From positions 1 through 59,213 of IMG/VR virus record IMGVR_UViG_3300032081_000715: a stretch of 59,213 nucleotides of DNA; one strand, written 5' to 3'. The DNA comes from a virus. Its lineage: Duplodnaviria; Caudoviricetes. Positions 18,156-29,027 of the stretch are shown here, in pieces. Under the pieces are notes generated by a model. It saw only the letters and a list, made by a program, of their open reading frames with translations, did no database searches and was not told where the DNA came from. The position numbers and the translations under genes are program-made. Every line of letters starts with the position of its first letter. Position 1 is the first letter of the stretch.

Positions 18156-20558
18156 TTAAAGGCCGAATCTTTCCATATTCGCTCCTCCACTAATTATATC
18201 ATTACCTGATGATTCAAATTTTTTATCAGAATCACCCTGTTTTCTTTGCTCAATCATATTCATTTGATGTTGAGCTTGCCTGTCTATTCTTAGGTCTTTT
18301 TTCTTTTCTCTATTATCCTCTTTTTCTTTTTCAGTGCTTTGCCTCATTCCTTCTAATTTAGAGTTTAATTCAAATTCAAACTCCATTAATTCTTTTTTAG
18401 CTTGTATTTCTTGTTGTAAGTATTGTATTTTTAATTGATTTCTTGTTTGCTCTAATTGTGCCTCAGCTTGCGTTTTGGCTTGAGCTTTTTGTATTTCAGC
18501 TTGAGCGGCCGCTTGTTGAGCTTGTCCATTGGCCTGTGCTTGAGCCTGCATATTTTGTTGTTGCATTTGTTGATCTCTAGAAGCTTTAGCTTTACGTTTT
18601 ACTTTTAATAATTGATTAGCTAATTTTATATTTCTAACACTACGTAAATCTATAGCATCGTCTAAATCTATGCTTTGTTGAGCTAATGATTGTTGTATGT
18701 TATTTTCTAGCAACGCTTTTTCTTCTTCATCCGGTAATAACTCTATAAATATACCAAAATCATACAAGTGTAAATCTTTAAGCTCATCTAACGTAGCAAC
18801 GTTATGTGATCCAATTGCTCTAATAAAAGCGTCTTTTGTTGGAGAATATTCAACTATATCAGATATTCTTAACGACATACATTCGGCAACCTCCGCTGTT
18901 ATATATAACATAGATTGCAATATGTGTCTAGTAGCTGTGTTTGAATTTGCAGCAGCTAATTTTTGAACACCAACTAAAGCGTTTTTATCTGGAGTAGCAG
19001 CGTCTCTAGCTTCATTTAACCCTGTTGTATCTCTTATCATTTGTAAATAATAATTATACGTAGATATTAAACTTTGTATTTTACCGCTATTAACACCGTT
19101 GTTTATTTGTTGTATTGGGACTTTGCCAGGATTACCATCACCTTCAGATGTAAAGCTTCTACCTATAACACTACCAGTTTGAAAGAACATATTTAAAGCT
19201 TCTTGCGGATTATAGTTAGTGCCGTTACCAAGGTCAACTTCTGCTAAACCATCTACATCTAAGTAAACTCCATCAGGTACCATACGTGCCATTACTTGTT
19301 GTAGCTTTAAATGAGTTAATTGAATCATATCAGCAAACCCAGTTATTCTGCTAACTATAGACTCTATTTTACCTCTGTATATTCTAGGTGCAACTATTTG
19401 ATAGTTCATTTTAACACTACCAAAATCAGACTCAGACCTCATCATGTTATCAGCCATTTTCCATTTTAATAATTTATCAGCACCTATAACATAAACACCT
19501 TCATATAAAACTTCTATAACTCTTTCTAGTTTACTAAAATCGCCATCCATGTTTTCAACAGGTGGATTAAACGTATCATCTTTTTGTATTACTTTTTCCG
19601 CGCCACTACCTGTTTTCTTTAATTTATAAACATCATTCATATGAGTTTTGTAATTAAAGTAAAGAACTTCTATTTTATTTTTATCCGTATTTAATCTATA
19701 GTCATAACCAGAATATATTGTTTTACCAGATTTTTTAACTATATCTTCTATTTCAGGTTCTGTTAACTCAGGAAACTCTTTTACTAATTCGTTTATTGGT
19801 ATTTCTTTTAATTCGCCAACATAATATATATCGTCAAAATAAGGTGACTCTGTATAAGAGTAAACTAAATTAGCTGGATCAACATACTTAACTTTAGCTC
19901 CATCAGTAAAGTCAAACGTTGTTTTTGTCGCGCCTATACCAAGTACGGTTAAATCATACAAACATCTTCTTCTTATTAAATCATAATCACTAGCTTCCAT
20001 TAAAACATCTATAGCTTGCTCTTCAGCTATTTCAGCAGCCTGCTTGTAATTAAGTTGCATATGTAAGGCTAGCTCTTCTTCTGTATCAGGTAGTGTTTCT
20101 GGATCGTTATCAAATATATCTATACCAAATTGTTGTTGAACTAAGTTACTGTAATTTTTAGCAGCCATATCTTCCATAATAGACTTCATGTACTCAGTTC
20201 TTTTATTAACGCCATACTGGTCTTGTGAAAAACAAGATATTTCGTAATTTCTTTGAGACATACCGTTTACCACAATATCAACAAACTTAGGAATAATAGG
20301 AACAGGTTTCCAATCTAAATTTAAATAAGACAAATCACCATTAATTGATAATTCGTTTTTATACTTTTGTGCTGATTGTTCTCCTCTAGCATATAATCTT
20401 AATTCGTGATAATTGTTTATATTACTATTGAATTTAGAATTAGCGCCTGTAAACCATTCTTGCCTTATAGCTTTAGCAACTTTTAAACCGTAATCTTCAG
20501 ATAACTTTTCTAAATCACTAACAGCTTGAGATGGAAAGTTTATATAATTCTCTGTCAT
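18156..20558 (-). CDS. Portal protein
   Basis: 800 aa after TerL; YLNLDWKPVPIIPKFVDIVV; Gln-rich C-terminal coiled coil like P22-type barrel portals. Confidence 0.8.
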   Translation of the reverse strand: MTENYINFPSQAVSDLEKLSEDYGLKVAKAIRQEWFTGANSKFNSNINNYHELRLYARGEQSAQKYKNELSINGDLSYLNLDWKPVPIIPKFVDIVVNGMSQRNYEISCFSQDQYGVNKRTEYMKSIMEDMAAKNYSNLVQQQFGIDIFDNDPETLPDTEEELALHMQLNYKQAAEIAEEQAIDVLMEASDYDLIRRRCLYDLTVLGIGATKTTFDFTDGAKVKYVDPANLVYSYTESPYFDDIYYVGELKEIPINELVKEFPELTEPEIEDIVKKSGKTIYSGYDYRLNTDKNKIEVLYFNYKTHMNDVYKLKKTGSGAEKVIQKDDTFNPPVENMDGDFSKLERVIEVLYEGVYVIGADKLLKWKMADNMMRSESDFGSVKMNYQIVAPRIYRGKIESIVSRITGFADMIQLTHLKLQQVMARMVPDGVYLDVDGLAEVDLGNGTNYNPQEALNMFFQTGSVIGRSFTSEGDGNPGKVPIQQINNGVNSGKIQSLISTYNYYLQMIRDTTGLNEARDAATPDKNALVGVQKLAAANSNTATRHILQSMLYITAEVAECMSLRISDIVEYSPTKDAFIRAIGSHNVATLDELKDLHLYDFGIFIELLPDEEEKALLENNIQQSLAQQSIDLDDAIDLRSVRNIKLANQLLKVKRKAKASRDQQMQQQNMQAQAQANGQAQQAAAQAEIQKAQAKTQAEAQLEQTRNQLKIQYLQQEIQAKKELMEFEFELNSKLEGMRQSTEKEKEDNREKKKDLRIDRQAQHQMNMIEQRKQGDSDKKFESSGNDIISGGANMERFGL

Positions 20559-22792
20559 GTTTTATTTTTTATTAATGTAGATTGAAATCCTTTATTATTA
20601 TACCTTGATATATGTATATTTACTGGTTCTCTTTTTTGTTTTGGGTTTGGTCGGTAAAGATGTCTATTACAACCCATTATTGCTAAACCAGAACTTATCG
20701 ACGCATCGTGCTTAGTTCTTTTATTTATATCAAACTTTGACCAATCATTTAATGTTTCATTAAAATACATAGTACCATAAGTACCATCTTGTAATAATCC
20801 AACGTGATCATTGATATACATTTCTATAGCAGCGGCATGAGCTTGTTTTATGTCTTCACTTGAGTTTGGCATACCACCAACTTCTTTTTCTGTTACAGAT
20901 AATTTATTCCAAACCTTATCAGGTCTATTCATACTAAATCCTCTATATCCTCTTCTTCGCAAATAATACAATAATCTTGGTTTGTTATTTTCAGCAAGTA
21001 TTGGCATGCCGTAAAATACTAATGCCATTAAAACATCTTCAAAAAATATTTCAGCTGTTTGTGGTCTTGCTATATATTCAAGGAAAAAAGTGTTTGCTGG
21101 AGCATCTTCCATTGAAAACTTTGTTAGTCCATGCAAAGAACCTTTTGAACCTCGTTTATCTACTGTTCCAGATATGTCGTATGAGTCACATCCAAATGCT
21201 CCTATATGTTCATTACCTGGATATTTTACGCCATTTTTGATAATAACGTTATTTTGTAATTTACCGTTTGGCACCCAACTTATTTTAAACCTACCATTAG
21301 GATCTGGATTAAAAGTAACTAATGTATCTTTTTTACCATTTAACCATTGAAAGTTACCAGGCGTTATTACTGAAGAGTTTCTGTTACCTTCGTTATAGTC
21401 TATTTGCTCGTATATTTTTATAAGATTAAATAAACTATTTTTTGTCTCATCTCTAAACGCATGTTCTTCAGTTCTAGGAAACTGACGATAAAATTCGTTT
21501 AAAGCGTCTTGATCATCTTTTAATCCTTCGGCTTCATTATCCCAATGGTCTATAACACCTTGGTCTATTTCTAATCCTTGCGGATCGTGTATTTCTTTTT
21601 TAGGCGTGTTAAATACTGGTTGACCATACTCGTCAATAAAACCTTCGTAGTTCCACTCCATTGGGATAAATAAAGAATATAGTCCAGATTTTGTTTGTCC
21701 ATTACGATTTCGTTTTGTTACATCTGAGTTATTATATAGTTGTTTAAAGTTATCACCACCTTTATCAAGTGAATTACTAGTACTACCCATCATACATTTA
21801 CCAACTATTCTACTACCTAATCTTAAACAAGTTTTTGTAACTCTCCAATTGTTTTTTATATTATCAGGCCTTTCCCACTTGCCACTTTCATCGTGAACTA
21901 GTAAATTTAGTTTTTCACCATCATAGCTGTTATCACCTGTGTTTTTCCAGTCTATAGTTGTATCTAATCCTTCAACATCATCCATCTCTTCACGCTCACG
22001 TATTTTTTTACGCGTAAACTTTTTAGCTGGCACCCTGTAAGCAAGTTCGGACTTTGGTCGGTCCATACCGTCCTGTATTGGCTTGAAGAAGAAAGGATAA
22101 TTTAAACTAATAGGCACTACTTTGTCCGTAAACATTTTTTTTGCATCAGCACCAGTCTTAGATAATATACCAAATCTACTATCACTAGCTAATGTAGCTA
22201 AATTAACAGTTTCAGCTGAACTCATAAAAGAAAAACCAGAACGTCTATTTTTTAAATAACACATTCCATAGCATCTTTTATCTGCTTTACAAGCTTCCCA
22301 GAATATAAAAAATAATCTATTTGCTTCTCTAAAATCTGGAGCGCCAACATCTATTTTACTCCACTGTAAATACATGTAATGCGTTCCTGTTATATAGGTT
22401 GGTTTACCGTTATTCATAAACCAAAAACCTTCTTCTCTTCTTTTAAACTCTTCGTCTATATATTCGTAATGATCTTGTTTAAAATCATCTGGATAATCTT
22501 GCCAGTCAAATACAGTTTTAATTTTTTTAAAAGCTGGATTAGCTTGGAACTGCTTCCATTTTTGTCCTGCTTTGTCTTTACTACAACTATATATATTAGT
22601 TGGTTGTTTAGGTAAAGCTATTTGTAAACCTTGTATTTCTATAACATCACCTATTATTCCAGTTTTAGATATAACAACTACATCGTTTTCTTTATTATAT
22701 CCGTACTCCCACTTCTTACTTTTATTTAATCTTTTAATAGTATTTAACCTTATTGGCTCTACTATTTTATATAAGCTTTGTTCGTACTTCAT
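20555..22792 (-). CDS. terL: Terminase large subunit
   Basis: Walker A variant LKNRRSGFS, Walker B LLVHDESGKW, coupling motif MGST, nuclease FGCDSYD...HD. Confidence 0.9.
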   Translation of the reverse strand: MKYEQSLYKIVEPIRLNTIKRLNKSKKWEYGYNKENDVVVISKTGIIGDVIEIQGLQIALPKQPTNIYSCSKDKAGQKWKQFQANPAFKKIKTVFDWQDYPDDFKQDHYEYIDEEFKRREEGFWFMNNGKPTYITGTHYMYLQWSKIDVGAPDFREANRLFFIFWEACKADKRCYGMCYLKNRRSGFSFMSSAETVNLATLASDSRFGILSKTGADAKKMFTDKVVPISLNYPFFFKPIQDGMDRPKSELAYRVPAKKFTRKKIREREEMDDVEGLDTTIDWKNTGDNSYDGEKLNLLVHDESGKWERPDNIKNNWRVTKTCLRLGSRIVGKCMMGSTSNSLDKGGDNFKQLYNNSDVTKRNRNGQTKSGLYSLFIPMEWNYEGFIDEYGQPVFNTPKKEIHDPQGLEIDQGVIDHWDNEAEGLKDDQDALNEFYRQFPRTEEHAFRDETKNSLFNLIKIYEQIDYNEGNRNSSVITPGNFQWLNGKKDTLVTFNPDPNGRFKISWVPNGKLQNNVIIKNGVKYPGNEHIGAFGCDSYDISGTVDKRGSKGSLHGLTKFSMEDAPANTFFLEYIARPQTAEIFFEDVLMALVFYGMPILAENNKPRLLYYLRRRGYRGFSMNRPDKVWNKLSVTEKEVGGMPNSSEDIKQAHAAAIEMYINDHVGLLQDGTYGTMYFNETLNDWSKFDINKRTKHDASISSGLAIMGCNRHLYRPNPKQKREPVNIHISRYNNKGFQSTLIKNKT

Positions 22793-23061
22793 TTTGATCT
22801 ACCTTCTGCAAAACCTTTAAACTTAACTTCTTTCTTTTCTTCGACTTTACCTTCAAGCATATTTTCTTCTTCGTTTATACGATTTAATATTTCAAAAGCA
22901 TCGAATATAGCTAACTTCTTTGTAGCCGCGGCATTCTTTAATCTATCAGCTGATATATCATCATCACTATCAACTATAGGTTCTTTAGCAACTTTAATTA
23001 ATTCTTCAACTGCTTTTTGCCCAGCTTGGATTATATTCTTCTTCGTTTCCTTGATATTCAT
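22789..23061 (-). CDS. Possible terminase small subunit
   Basis: 90 aa helical ORF overlapping the terL start. Confidence 0.4.
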   Translation of the reverse strand: MNIKETKKNIIQAGQKAVEELIKVAKEPIVDSDDDISADRLKNAAATKKLAIFDAFEILNRINEEENMLEGKVEEKKEVKFKGFAEGRSK

Positions 23062-23593
23062 ATTTAATTGTAATAAAATTATTCATAACCCTATATAACT
23101 TTTCTCCGTTAATAATAAATTCAAACTCACTATTAGGTCTAAATCCAACTAAGTCTTTTTTATTAAACTTACCATCAGAATATTTAACAATACCAATTAA
23201 TGGCCTTTCTGATTCTACGTTAAATTTATTTATAGCCTTTAAAGGTTTTACAAAACTAAAGCCTGGCATAGCAATCCAATTATCGCGCTTGTATAAATAT
23301 ATTTGATCTTTTGATATTATATATTTATTATCTTTCCAATATGATCTACTATTTTTTTCTCTACCTTTAACATCACTCCACCTTCTAAATATGTTATGAT
23401 GTACTATTATTTCATCACCTACCTTTAGAGGTGATTGAAACAATAGTGGAGTAGCGATAACTTTTGCTGATCTATTTATATATTGATGATTATAAATTTC
23501 AGTATTTAATACTAGTTCTTTGTCATCAATTTGTTTAGTGTTATTATAACGCCCGCCAATAGGAGAGACAATAAAATCTTTATAAGCATTCAT
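23006..23593 (-). CDS. GroES-like-fold protein
   Basis: VIATP...LKVGDEIIV.H and GIVKY...DLVGF...NGEKLYRV segments resemble co-chaperonin strands. Confidence 0.45.
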   Translation of the reverse strand: MNAYKDFIVSPIGGRYNNTKQIDDKELVLNTEIYNHQYINRSAKVIATPLLFQSPLKVGDEIIVHHNIFRRWSDVKGREKNSRSYWKDNKYIISKDQIYLYKRDNWIAMPGFSFVKPLKAINKFNVESERPLIGIVKYSDGKFNKKDLVGFRPNSEFEFIINGEKLYRVMNNFITIKYEYQGNEEEYNPSWAKSS

Positions 23594-23817
23594 TAATATT
23601 CTAAGTTATACTCGACTGATATAGCCATATTTTTATTAAAGTCTTTCCAAGGTATAACCACTTTGTCTTTTCTAATATAAATAGAGTATTTGTCTTCCTC
23701 TTCTATTATATCACAAATCTTATGACCACCATAAACTTCTTGGTTAACAGAATAGTGCATAGCATCATTTTTATAATCCTTACCTATAGTGATTTTTCTA
23801 ATTATATTATTTTTCAT
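23593..23817 (-). CDS. Hypothetical protein
   Basis: 74 aa, translationally coupled. Confidence 0.6.
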   Translation of the reverse strand: MKNNIIRKITIGKDYKNDAMHYSVNQEVYGGHKICDIIEEEDKYSIYIRKDKVVIPWKDFNKNMAISVEYNLEY

Positions 23818-24076
23818 CTTTAGGTTTGTTTATAGTACCATCAGTAATATTAACATCAAAAGTGCCGTACTCTTTAGATAATTTACCTTGCATATCTACT
23901 ATTTTCTTTTGCGTTAAACCTAACTCATGAAGTAAGGTATGCTTCTGTCCTTCTAATTGTCCAATTTTAAATTGGATATTGTTTGTCATATTTAATATAT
24001 CTTGTAGCTCTTTTAAATGCTCATCTGATATTTTGTCATCCTTAGGTTTAAGGTCAACCATTTTTTCTTTTTTCAT
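23807..24076 (-). CDS. Hypothetical coiled-coil protein
   Basis: 89 aa with heptad pattern. Confidence 0.6.
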   Translation of the reverse strand: MKKEKMVDLKPKDDKISDEHLKELQDILNMTNNIQFKIGQLEGQKHTLLHELGLTQKKIVDMQGKLSKEYGTFDVNITDGTINKPKDEK

Positions 24077-24101
24077 ATTTAATTTAATTTAATTATTATT
24101 A

Positions 24102-24470
24102 TTATGGACATTGTATTGCTCTAGGAGAAGAAGCTACTCGACCATTAACTATTTCTGCACTATAAAAAGTACCTTTACTATTAGGTCCTACTTTATAAAA
24201 CCCATCTGCTACATAAAAATTTGAATTAACTCTTTTTCTTGTATAAAAATAATCACCTAGATTAAATGGAAAGCCAATAGAAGTATTATCAGTATATCCT
24301 ATTTCATCCATAGAAGAAACGCTACAAGAGTTAGGTACGTTAGCTTGCTTAGATCCATGAGAAAACTGAACAAAGCTCGACGCTAATGCAACTTCTTTAT
24401 GTCTTTTTACTACTACAGCTTTGTTTTTACCTCTAGACTGAGCAGATGAGTTTGCGTTACCTAATGCCAT
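24102..24470 (-). CDS. Hypothetical protein
   Basis: 122 aa in late arm. Confidence 0.55.
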   Translation of the reverse strand: MALGNANSSAQSRGKNKAVVVKRHKEVALASSFVQFSHGSKQANVPNSCSVSSMDEIGYTDNTSIGFPFNLGDYFYTRKRVNSNFYVADGFYKVGPNSKGTFYSAEIVNGRVASSPRAIQCP

Positions 24471-24901
24471 TATATAGCAGCGCTTCTAGATCTGTAATCT
24501 GGTCTAGGTGCTACATAACATATAACATCTCCAGCATGTAGTTCAACATAATCGTACATACCGTATAAAGTCATACCAGCAGGAAACTCTGTACCACTAC
24601 CATCTAATACTATAAGATCACTATCATTATCACCTGCATTTGTATCAGCACCCCAATCAGTATCTAACGTTTGAGTATCTTCATTAGAAGCAAAGTGTGT
24701 ATTACCTAATCCAAGGCCTTTACCAGCATCTAAAATACCTAAGCCACTACCACCAAATTTTGTATTGCTAACAAAAGTTATAGCACAAATGTAATATTTA
24801 GCGTCAGATTGTGATAAATCTAATATAGCCCCATCGCCACTTAAAAAAGTAGAGCCAAATTGTCCAAAATTATAAGCCGTAGCTGTTGAATTTAATCCCA
24901 T
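24470..24901 (-). CDS. Hypothetical (possible virion decoration) protein
   Basis: 143 aa, beta-rich, coupled. Confidence 0.5.
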   Translation of the reverse strand: MGLNSTATAYNFGQFGSTFLSGDGAILDLSQSDAKYYICAITFVSNTKFGGSGLGILDAGKGLGLGNTHFASNEDTQTLDTDWGADTNAGDNDSDLIVLDGSGTEFPAGMTLYGMYDYVELHAGDVICYVAPRPDYRSRSAAI

Positions 24902-24903
24902 AA

Positions 24904-25329
24904 TTATTTATTATTTATTTGTTGTTCATTTTTTTTAGACGATCCGCCGAAAAAGAAATCGACAACCGTATTTACTTTAGCACTCATAGCGCCAAATATT
25001 GTAGAGACAAAGCTTATTTCAAACTCGCCCATATTTATATCACCTATTATAAAGTATCTAAACATCATAAAGCTTAATCCAAAGTACGCTGCCGTAAATA
25101 ACGTAGCAAGGATTTTTTGAATAAGCGCATCGTCTTTATACATATCCCTAGCGCTCTTTCTGTCTTCAACTTCTTTGGCGAAAGCTTCAGCTTCGGCTTC
25201 GAGTAGTAATCTTCTAAGAGCGAGTTTAGCTTCATCGCGCTCTTTGTCTGTTGTAACAACCTTGTCAAGTATTCCTTCTGCATTGTCTACTATTTTGCCG
25301 AATAAGCCATTAACAAATTTTCCTATCAT
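24904..25329 (-). CDS. Holin-like membrane protein
   Basis: N-terminal amphipathic helix, DRKSAR motif, two TM segments, FFFGGSSKK end. Confidence 0.65.
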   Translation of the reverse strand: MIGKFVNGLFGKIVDNAEGILDKVVTTDKERDEAKLALRRLLLEAEAEAFAKEVEDRKSARDMYKDDALIQKILATLFTAAYFGLSFMMFRYFIIGDINMGEFEISFVSTIFGAMSAKVNTVVDFFFGGSSKKNEQQINNK

Positions 25330-25766
25330 CGTTCATTATCTTTTATCATATCATCGATAGACTTATTCATGACCTTATCGGTGTATGATTGGTTAGTAAA
25401 AAACACACTCTTTTCCGAAGTAGGTATATCTTCTTCCCCTAAAAGTATACGATATATTCTACTTATTAAGTGTGAGCACTTAAAGGAGGTTTTGAATACT
25501 GAGTATTTGATGGTTGTTCTATTTCTGTGTCTCCACGTTTCTATCCAACCATTCCTCCTTAATTTTTCCCAACGGTTCTTATCCCAACTCATGGTATATG
25601 TTCCGTCGATAAATTCTTGACGCGTAAATCTTCCTTTACAATCTAAATATATTAGCAGTTCAAGATCAGCGTCTGTTAACCCGTAAGTCTTACAGGCCCA
25701 TTTTCTAACGAGCCTGTAATACTTAAGGATTTGTAAATCACGTAAATCGTGACTAGTTAATCGCAT
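25326..25766 (-). CDS. Putative winged-helix DNA-binding protein
   Basis: YGLTDADLELLIYL...FTR.EF...WEKLRRNGWI resembles MarR-like wHTH. Confidence 0.45.
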   Translation of the reverse strand: MRLTSHDLRDLQILKYYRLVRKWACKTYGLTDADLELLIYLDCKGRFTRQEFIDGTYTMSWDKNRWEKLRRNGWIETWRHRNRTTIKYSVFKTSFKCSHLISRIYRILLGEEDIPTSEKSVFFTNQSYTDKVMNKSIDDMIKDNER

Positions 25767-26128
25767 TAAACTGGTTGCTCAGCACTGTTTCTAGCAATTA
25801 CTATGCCAGTTACAAAGCTTAGATCTAAAGTGTTATTAGTATCAAGATCAATAACATCTGTTACACCATTCATGTGAGGCCCAGCATTAACTGCTTCTAC
25901 TATCGATTTACCTATAGCTTTACATCTGTGGCCAGTTGTGTTAGTTGTATTATCATGGGTAAATGTAATCACATCTAATTGACCATCTACATTAGCATCT
26001 CCAAAAAAAGCTTTTGTAGCCACAGTGCTGGTTGGCACACATCCTAAAAACTTTTTGCCTTCAACGCAATAAGCTTCTGTTGTTAAGTTCGCTCCGTTAC
26101 CATCAGCGAAATATAAAAATTTTTTCAT
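25766..26128 (-). CDS. Hypothetical structural protein (paralog of the 26153-27043 N-terminal domain)
   Basis: Shares FLYFA...C......GC.P.....T..FF pattern with neighbour. Confidence 0.55.
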   Translation of the reverse strand: MKKFLYFADGNGANLTTEAYCVEGKKFLGCVPTSTVATKAFFGDANVDGQLDVITFTHDNTTNTTGHRCKAIGKSIVEAVNAGPHMNGVTDVIDLDTNNTLDLSFVTGIVIARNSAEQPV

Positions 26129-26152
26129 AATTTTAAATTTTAAAAGTTATTA

Positions 26153-27043
26153 CTAAGACAATACTGGATGTCCGTATAAAGTTAATAATAATTGACCAGC
26201 TGTAAAGACAGAGTCGTCACCATCAGTAGTACCTTCAGTTAAATAAAGATACATACCGTCAGTTACAGCACTTAAATCTAAGTTTTCTACTGATCTTTGA
26301 GCAACATGAGTACCACTATTAACAACGTAATCAGTTCCACCAGCTTCAGTATATCCTAATGTACCGCTAGAATTACCCACTACATTTATATCAACTAAAG
26401 ATCCAGCGCCAGCAGGAAGCTCTAAACAAGCTAAACTTGCTTTGAATAAAACTCCGTGATCAGCACTTTTGTATCTAAACAAGTAAGCATCAGGTGCAAG
26501 GGTTTTAATACCTATAACATCATTAGCAGTAGCGCCATGAGCAGTTAATCCAGTTAAGTCAATTAACGCTGTAGTTACCATTACTCCATTTTGCTCGTAT
26601 CTTTTTACTACTGGCGCTCCTATACCAGTACCAGTTAAGCCAGCTCCACTTCCTCCTGTAACTTGATTACTTTCTTTTGATTCAGTTACAGCAACTGTTG
26701 TAACATCTAGGCCGTTGAAAGCTTTACTATATTCAGAATCTTTTGATGCACCAGCTACGTCAGAGTCTGCCACAACAACAAATCCACCATGACTTGGTTG
26801 AGAGTTAATAATTGACATCATTGCCTTTATAACATCTTTGTTTTTGTTAGCAGCATGAGTAAGCACTACTTTTATAACACCTTCGTCTCTTCCTTCTATA
26901 CCATCAAAAAAGAAAGCTGTGCTAGTAGTACCAACTGGATCGCAACTTAAATATCGGCTTGATGCAATACACAAACCTTCTCTTGCCGCTTTACTACCAC
27001 CTGTATTGATATCAGCGGCAGCAAAAAATAAATAATTTTCCAT
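26153..27043 (-). CDS. Hypothetical structural protein
   Basis: 296 aa, Gly/Ala/Thr-rich. Confidence 0.55.
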   Translation of the reverse strand: MENYLFFAAADINTGGSKAAREGLCIASSRYLSCDPVGTTSTAFFFDGIEGRDEGVIKVVLTHAANKNKDVIKAMMSIINSQPSHGGFVVVADSDVAGASKDSEYSKAFNGLDVTTVAVTESKESNQVTGGSGAGLTGTGIGAPVVKRYEQNGVMVTTALIDLTGLTAHGATANDVIGIKTLAPDAYLFRYKSADHGVLFKASLACLELPAGAGSLVDINVVGNSSGTLGYTEAGGTDYVVNSGTHVAQRSVENLDLSAVTDGMYLYLTEGTTDGDDSVFTAGQLLLTLYGHPVLS

Positions 27044-27130
27044 TTGTATTTTTTTTTATGATTAATAATTAATTTATGATTTTTTGTTTTTTGTTTATGG
27101 TTTATAGTTTACGTATAATCTACTTTAATA

Positions 27131-27139
27131 GTAATTACA
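27131..27139 (-). promoter_or_regulatory. Putative late promoter motif TGTAATTAC
   Basis: Intergenic, downstream of groES, upstream of 27043. Confidence 0.5.
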
Positions 27140-27158
27140 CGTTTTTAGCGAATAGTAA

Positions 27159-27416
27159 TTATTCTACTATAACTATATCTCTAGCACGTATCACCCGGTA
27201 CATACTATCATTATAACTAATATCGTGACCAGCAACAGCATCATAGTAAACACTATTACCTCTTTTAACAATCGGCACATCATTCCCCACAGAAATGATA
27301 GTTCCTTTTTTATATCTGTTAGTTTCATCTGTTTCATCTGTTAATATGAAGCCACCAACTTTTTTTGGCCCTTCTTTTATTATATCTATTATTACGTAAT
27401 CGTTAACTGCTTGCAT
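27159..27416 (-). CDS. groES: Co-chaperonin GroES
   Basis: GGFIL mobile loop, GTIISVG, RARDI; coupled to groEL. Confidence 0.85.
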   Translation of the reverse strand: MQAVNDYVIIDIIKEGPKKVGGFILTDETDETNRYKKGTIISVGNDVPIVKRGNSVYYDAVAGHDISYNDSMYRVIRARDIVIVE

Positions 27417-28971
27417 TTTCTATTCTGATATTTGATATTACACAATCTGCTGACATGATAGTTAATGCTACACTTACAGCATTTTTAAGTGCAGACTTAG
27501 TTACAAGTACTGGATCAATAATACCAGACTCAACCATATTAACCTCTTTACTAGTTATGACATCTACACCTATGCCTTTTATAGGTCTTGGTGCCACTTG
27601 CTCCAAACCAGCATTGTCTAGTATAGTATTAAACGGTGCGGATAAAGCATTAAGTAATACCTTACCAGCTCTGCTGGTCGAAATTTTTTGGCTAGCGTTT
27701 AACAATGCTACCCCACCTCCTGGCACAATACCTTCTTGCAAAGCTGCTTTAGTTGCATATATAGCATCTTCAACTCTATCTTTCTTTTCTTTAAGCTCAA
27801 CCTTAGAGTTTGCTCCAACTTTAATTATACCAACACTACCTGATAACATAGCTAATCTGTCTTCTAGTTTCTTTTTAATAAAACCGTTTTGTTCTTCAGC
27901 TAAATGTTTATTTAATTCATCTATTCTATCTTCGATACCTTGAGTCATACCTTCAAGTGTTAATACTGTATTTTTATCGTCAGTTACGGCAAATTCAGCT
28001 TCACCTAAATATTCTGGTTTCATAAGATCTAAATCATCACCAAGTTCTTCATTTAATACTGTAGCGCCTGTAAGTATAGCTAAATCTTCTGTAGCATCTT
28101 TTTTAGTAGGACCAAAGCCAGGTAAGTCAATAATATTAACTTTTATAGTACCTTTTACTTTATTCATAAGCAACGCCGACTTTACTTGCTGTGCAACTGG
28201 TGCTACTATAAGTAAAGATCGGTTGTTCTTTATTACATACTCTAATATGTTTTGTATCTTACGTACATTAGGTATTTCAGAAGAACAAATAAAAACTAAC
28301 GGATTATCAAGTTCACATGTTTGTTTTTCTGTATTAGTAACAAAATGTGGTGATGTTAACTTACAATCTACTTTTACACCATCAACTATGTCTACGTATG
28401 TTTCTTCAGTTGGGCTCTCCTCCATGAGCACTACACCATTTTTACCAACTGTTTCGTACGCTTCTGCTATAATAGCGCCAAGTTCTTGATCGTTATTACA
28501 AGATATAGCACTAACAGACTTTAACATATCGCCTTCAACATCTATAGCTTTTTCATCTAAATAGCTAATAACGTCTTCCAGTGTTTTGTTAACTTCATCT
28601 TTAATTTCTCTGATTGTTAGATTTTCTGCGACCGCAGCATCTATTTGTTTGATTATTGCTTCAGCTAGTACAGTAGCAGTTGTTGTACCATCACCAGCTT
28701 CTTTAACTGTGTTTCTAGCTGCTTCCTTTATTAAGGTTGCACCCATATTCTCAACCGGATCATATAAGACTACGCTTTCCGCTACGGTTACACCATCTTT
28801 TGTTATGACCGGCTTGCCTCTGCCATCTTCGTAAATAACGCACTTACCTGATGCGCCTAATGTAGATTTTACGGCTTGGGCTAATTTATTAACTCCTGTG
28901 ATAACTTTGCTTTTAGCATCCTTGCCAAAAGACAAATCTTTCACCAATTCACTTGGTAAATTGTATTCCAT
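27403..28971 (-). CDS. groEL: Chaperonin GroEL
   Basis: TKDGVTVA, AGDGTTTATVLA, KDRVEDA, GIVPGGG, GIIDP motifs. Confidence 0.97.
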   Translation of the reverse strand: MEYNLPSELVKDLSFGKDAKSKVITGVNKLAQAVKSTLGASGKCVIYEDGRGKPVITKDGVTVAESVVLYDPVENMGATLIKEAARNTVKEAGDGTTTATVLAEAIIKQIDAAVAENLTIREIKDEVNKTLEDVISYLDEKAIDVEGDMLKSVSAISCNNDQELGAIIAEAYETVGKNGVVLMEESPTEETYVDIVDGVKVDCKLTSPHFVTNTEKQTCELDNPLVFICSSEIPNVRKIQNILEYVIKNNRSLLIVAPVAQQVKSALLMNKVKGTIKVNIIDLPGFGPTKKDATEDLAILTGATVLNEELGDDLDLMKPEYLGEAEFAVTDDKNTVLTLEGMTQGIEDRIDELNKHLAEEQNGFIKKKLEDRLAMLSGSVGIIKVGANSKVELKEKKDRVEDAIYATKAALQEGIVPGGGVALLNASQKISTSRAGKVLLNALSAPFNTILDNAGLEQVAPRPIKGIGVDVITSKEVNMVESGIIDPVLVTKSALKNAVSVALTIMSADCVISNIRIENASS

Positions 28972-29027
28972 AATATTTAATTTAATTTAATTTAACTTTG
29001 TAGATTTAAAGTTCTACTTCTTTTTAT

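Noticed and set aside
21870-21876. Second GGGAAAG, inside terL
   Set aside because: Wrong phase (TGG GAA AGG) for tandem -1 slippage
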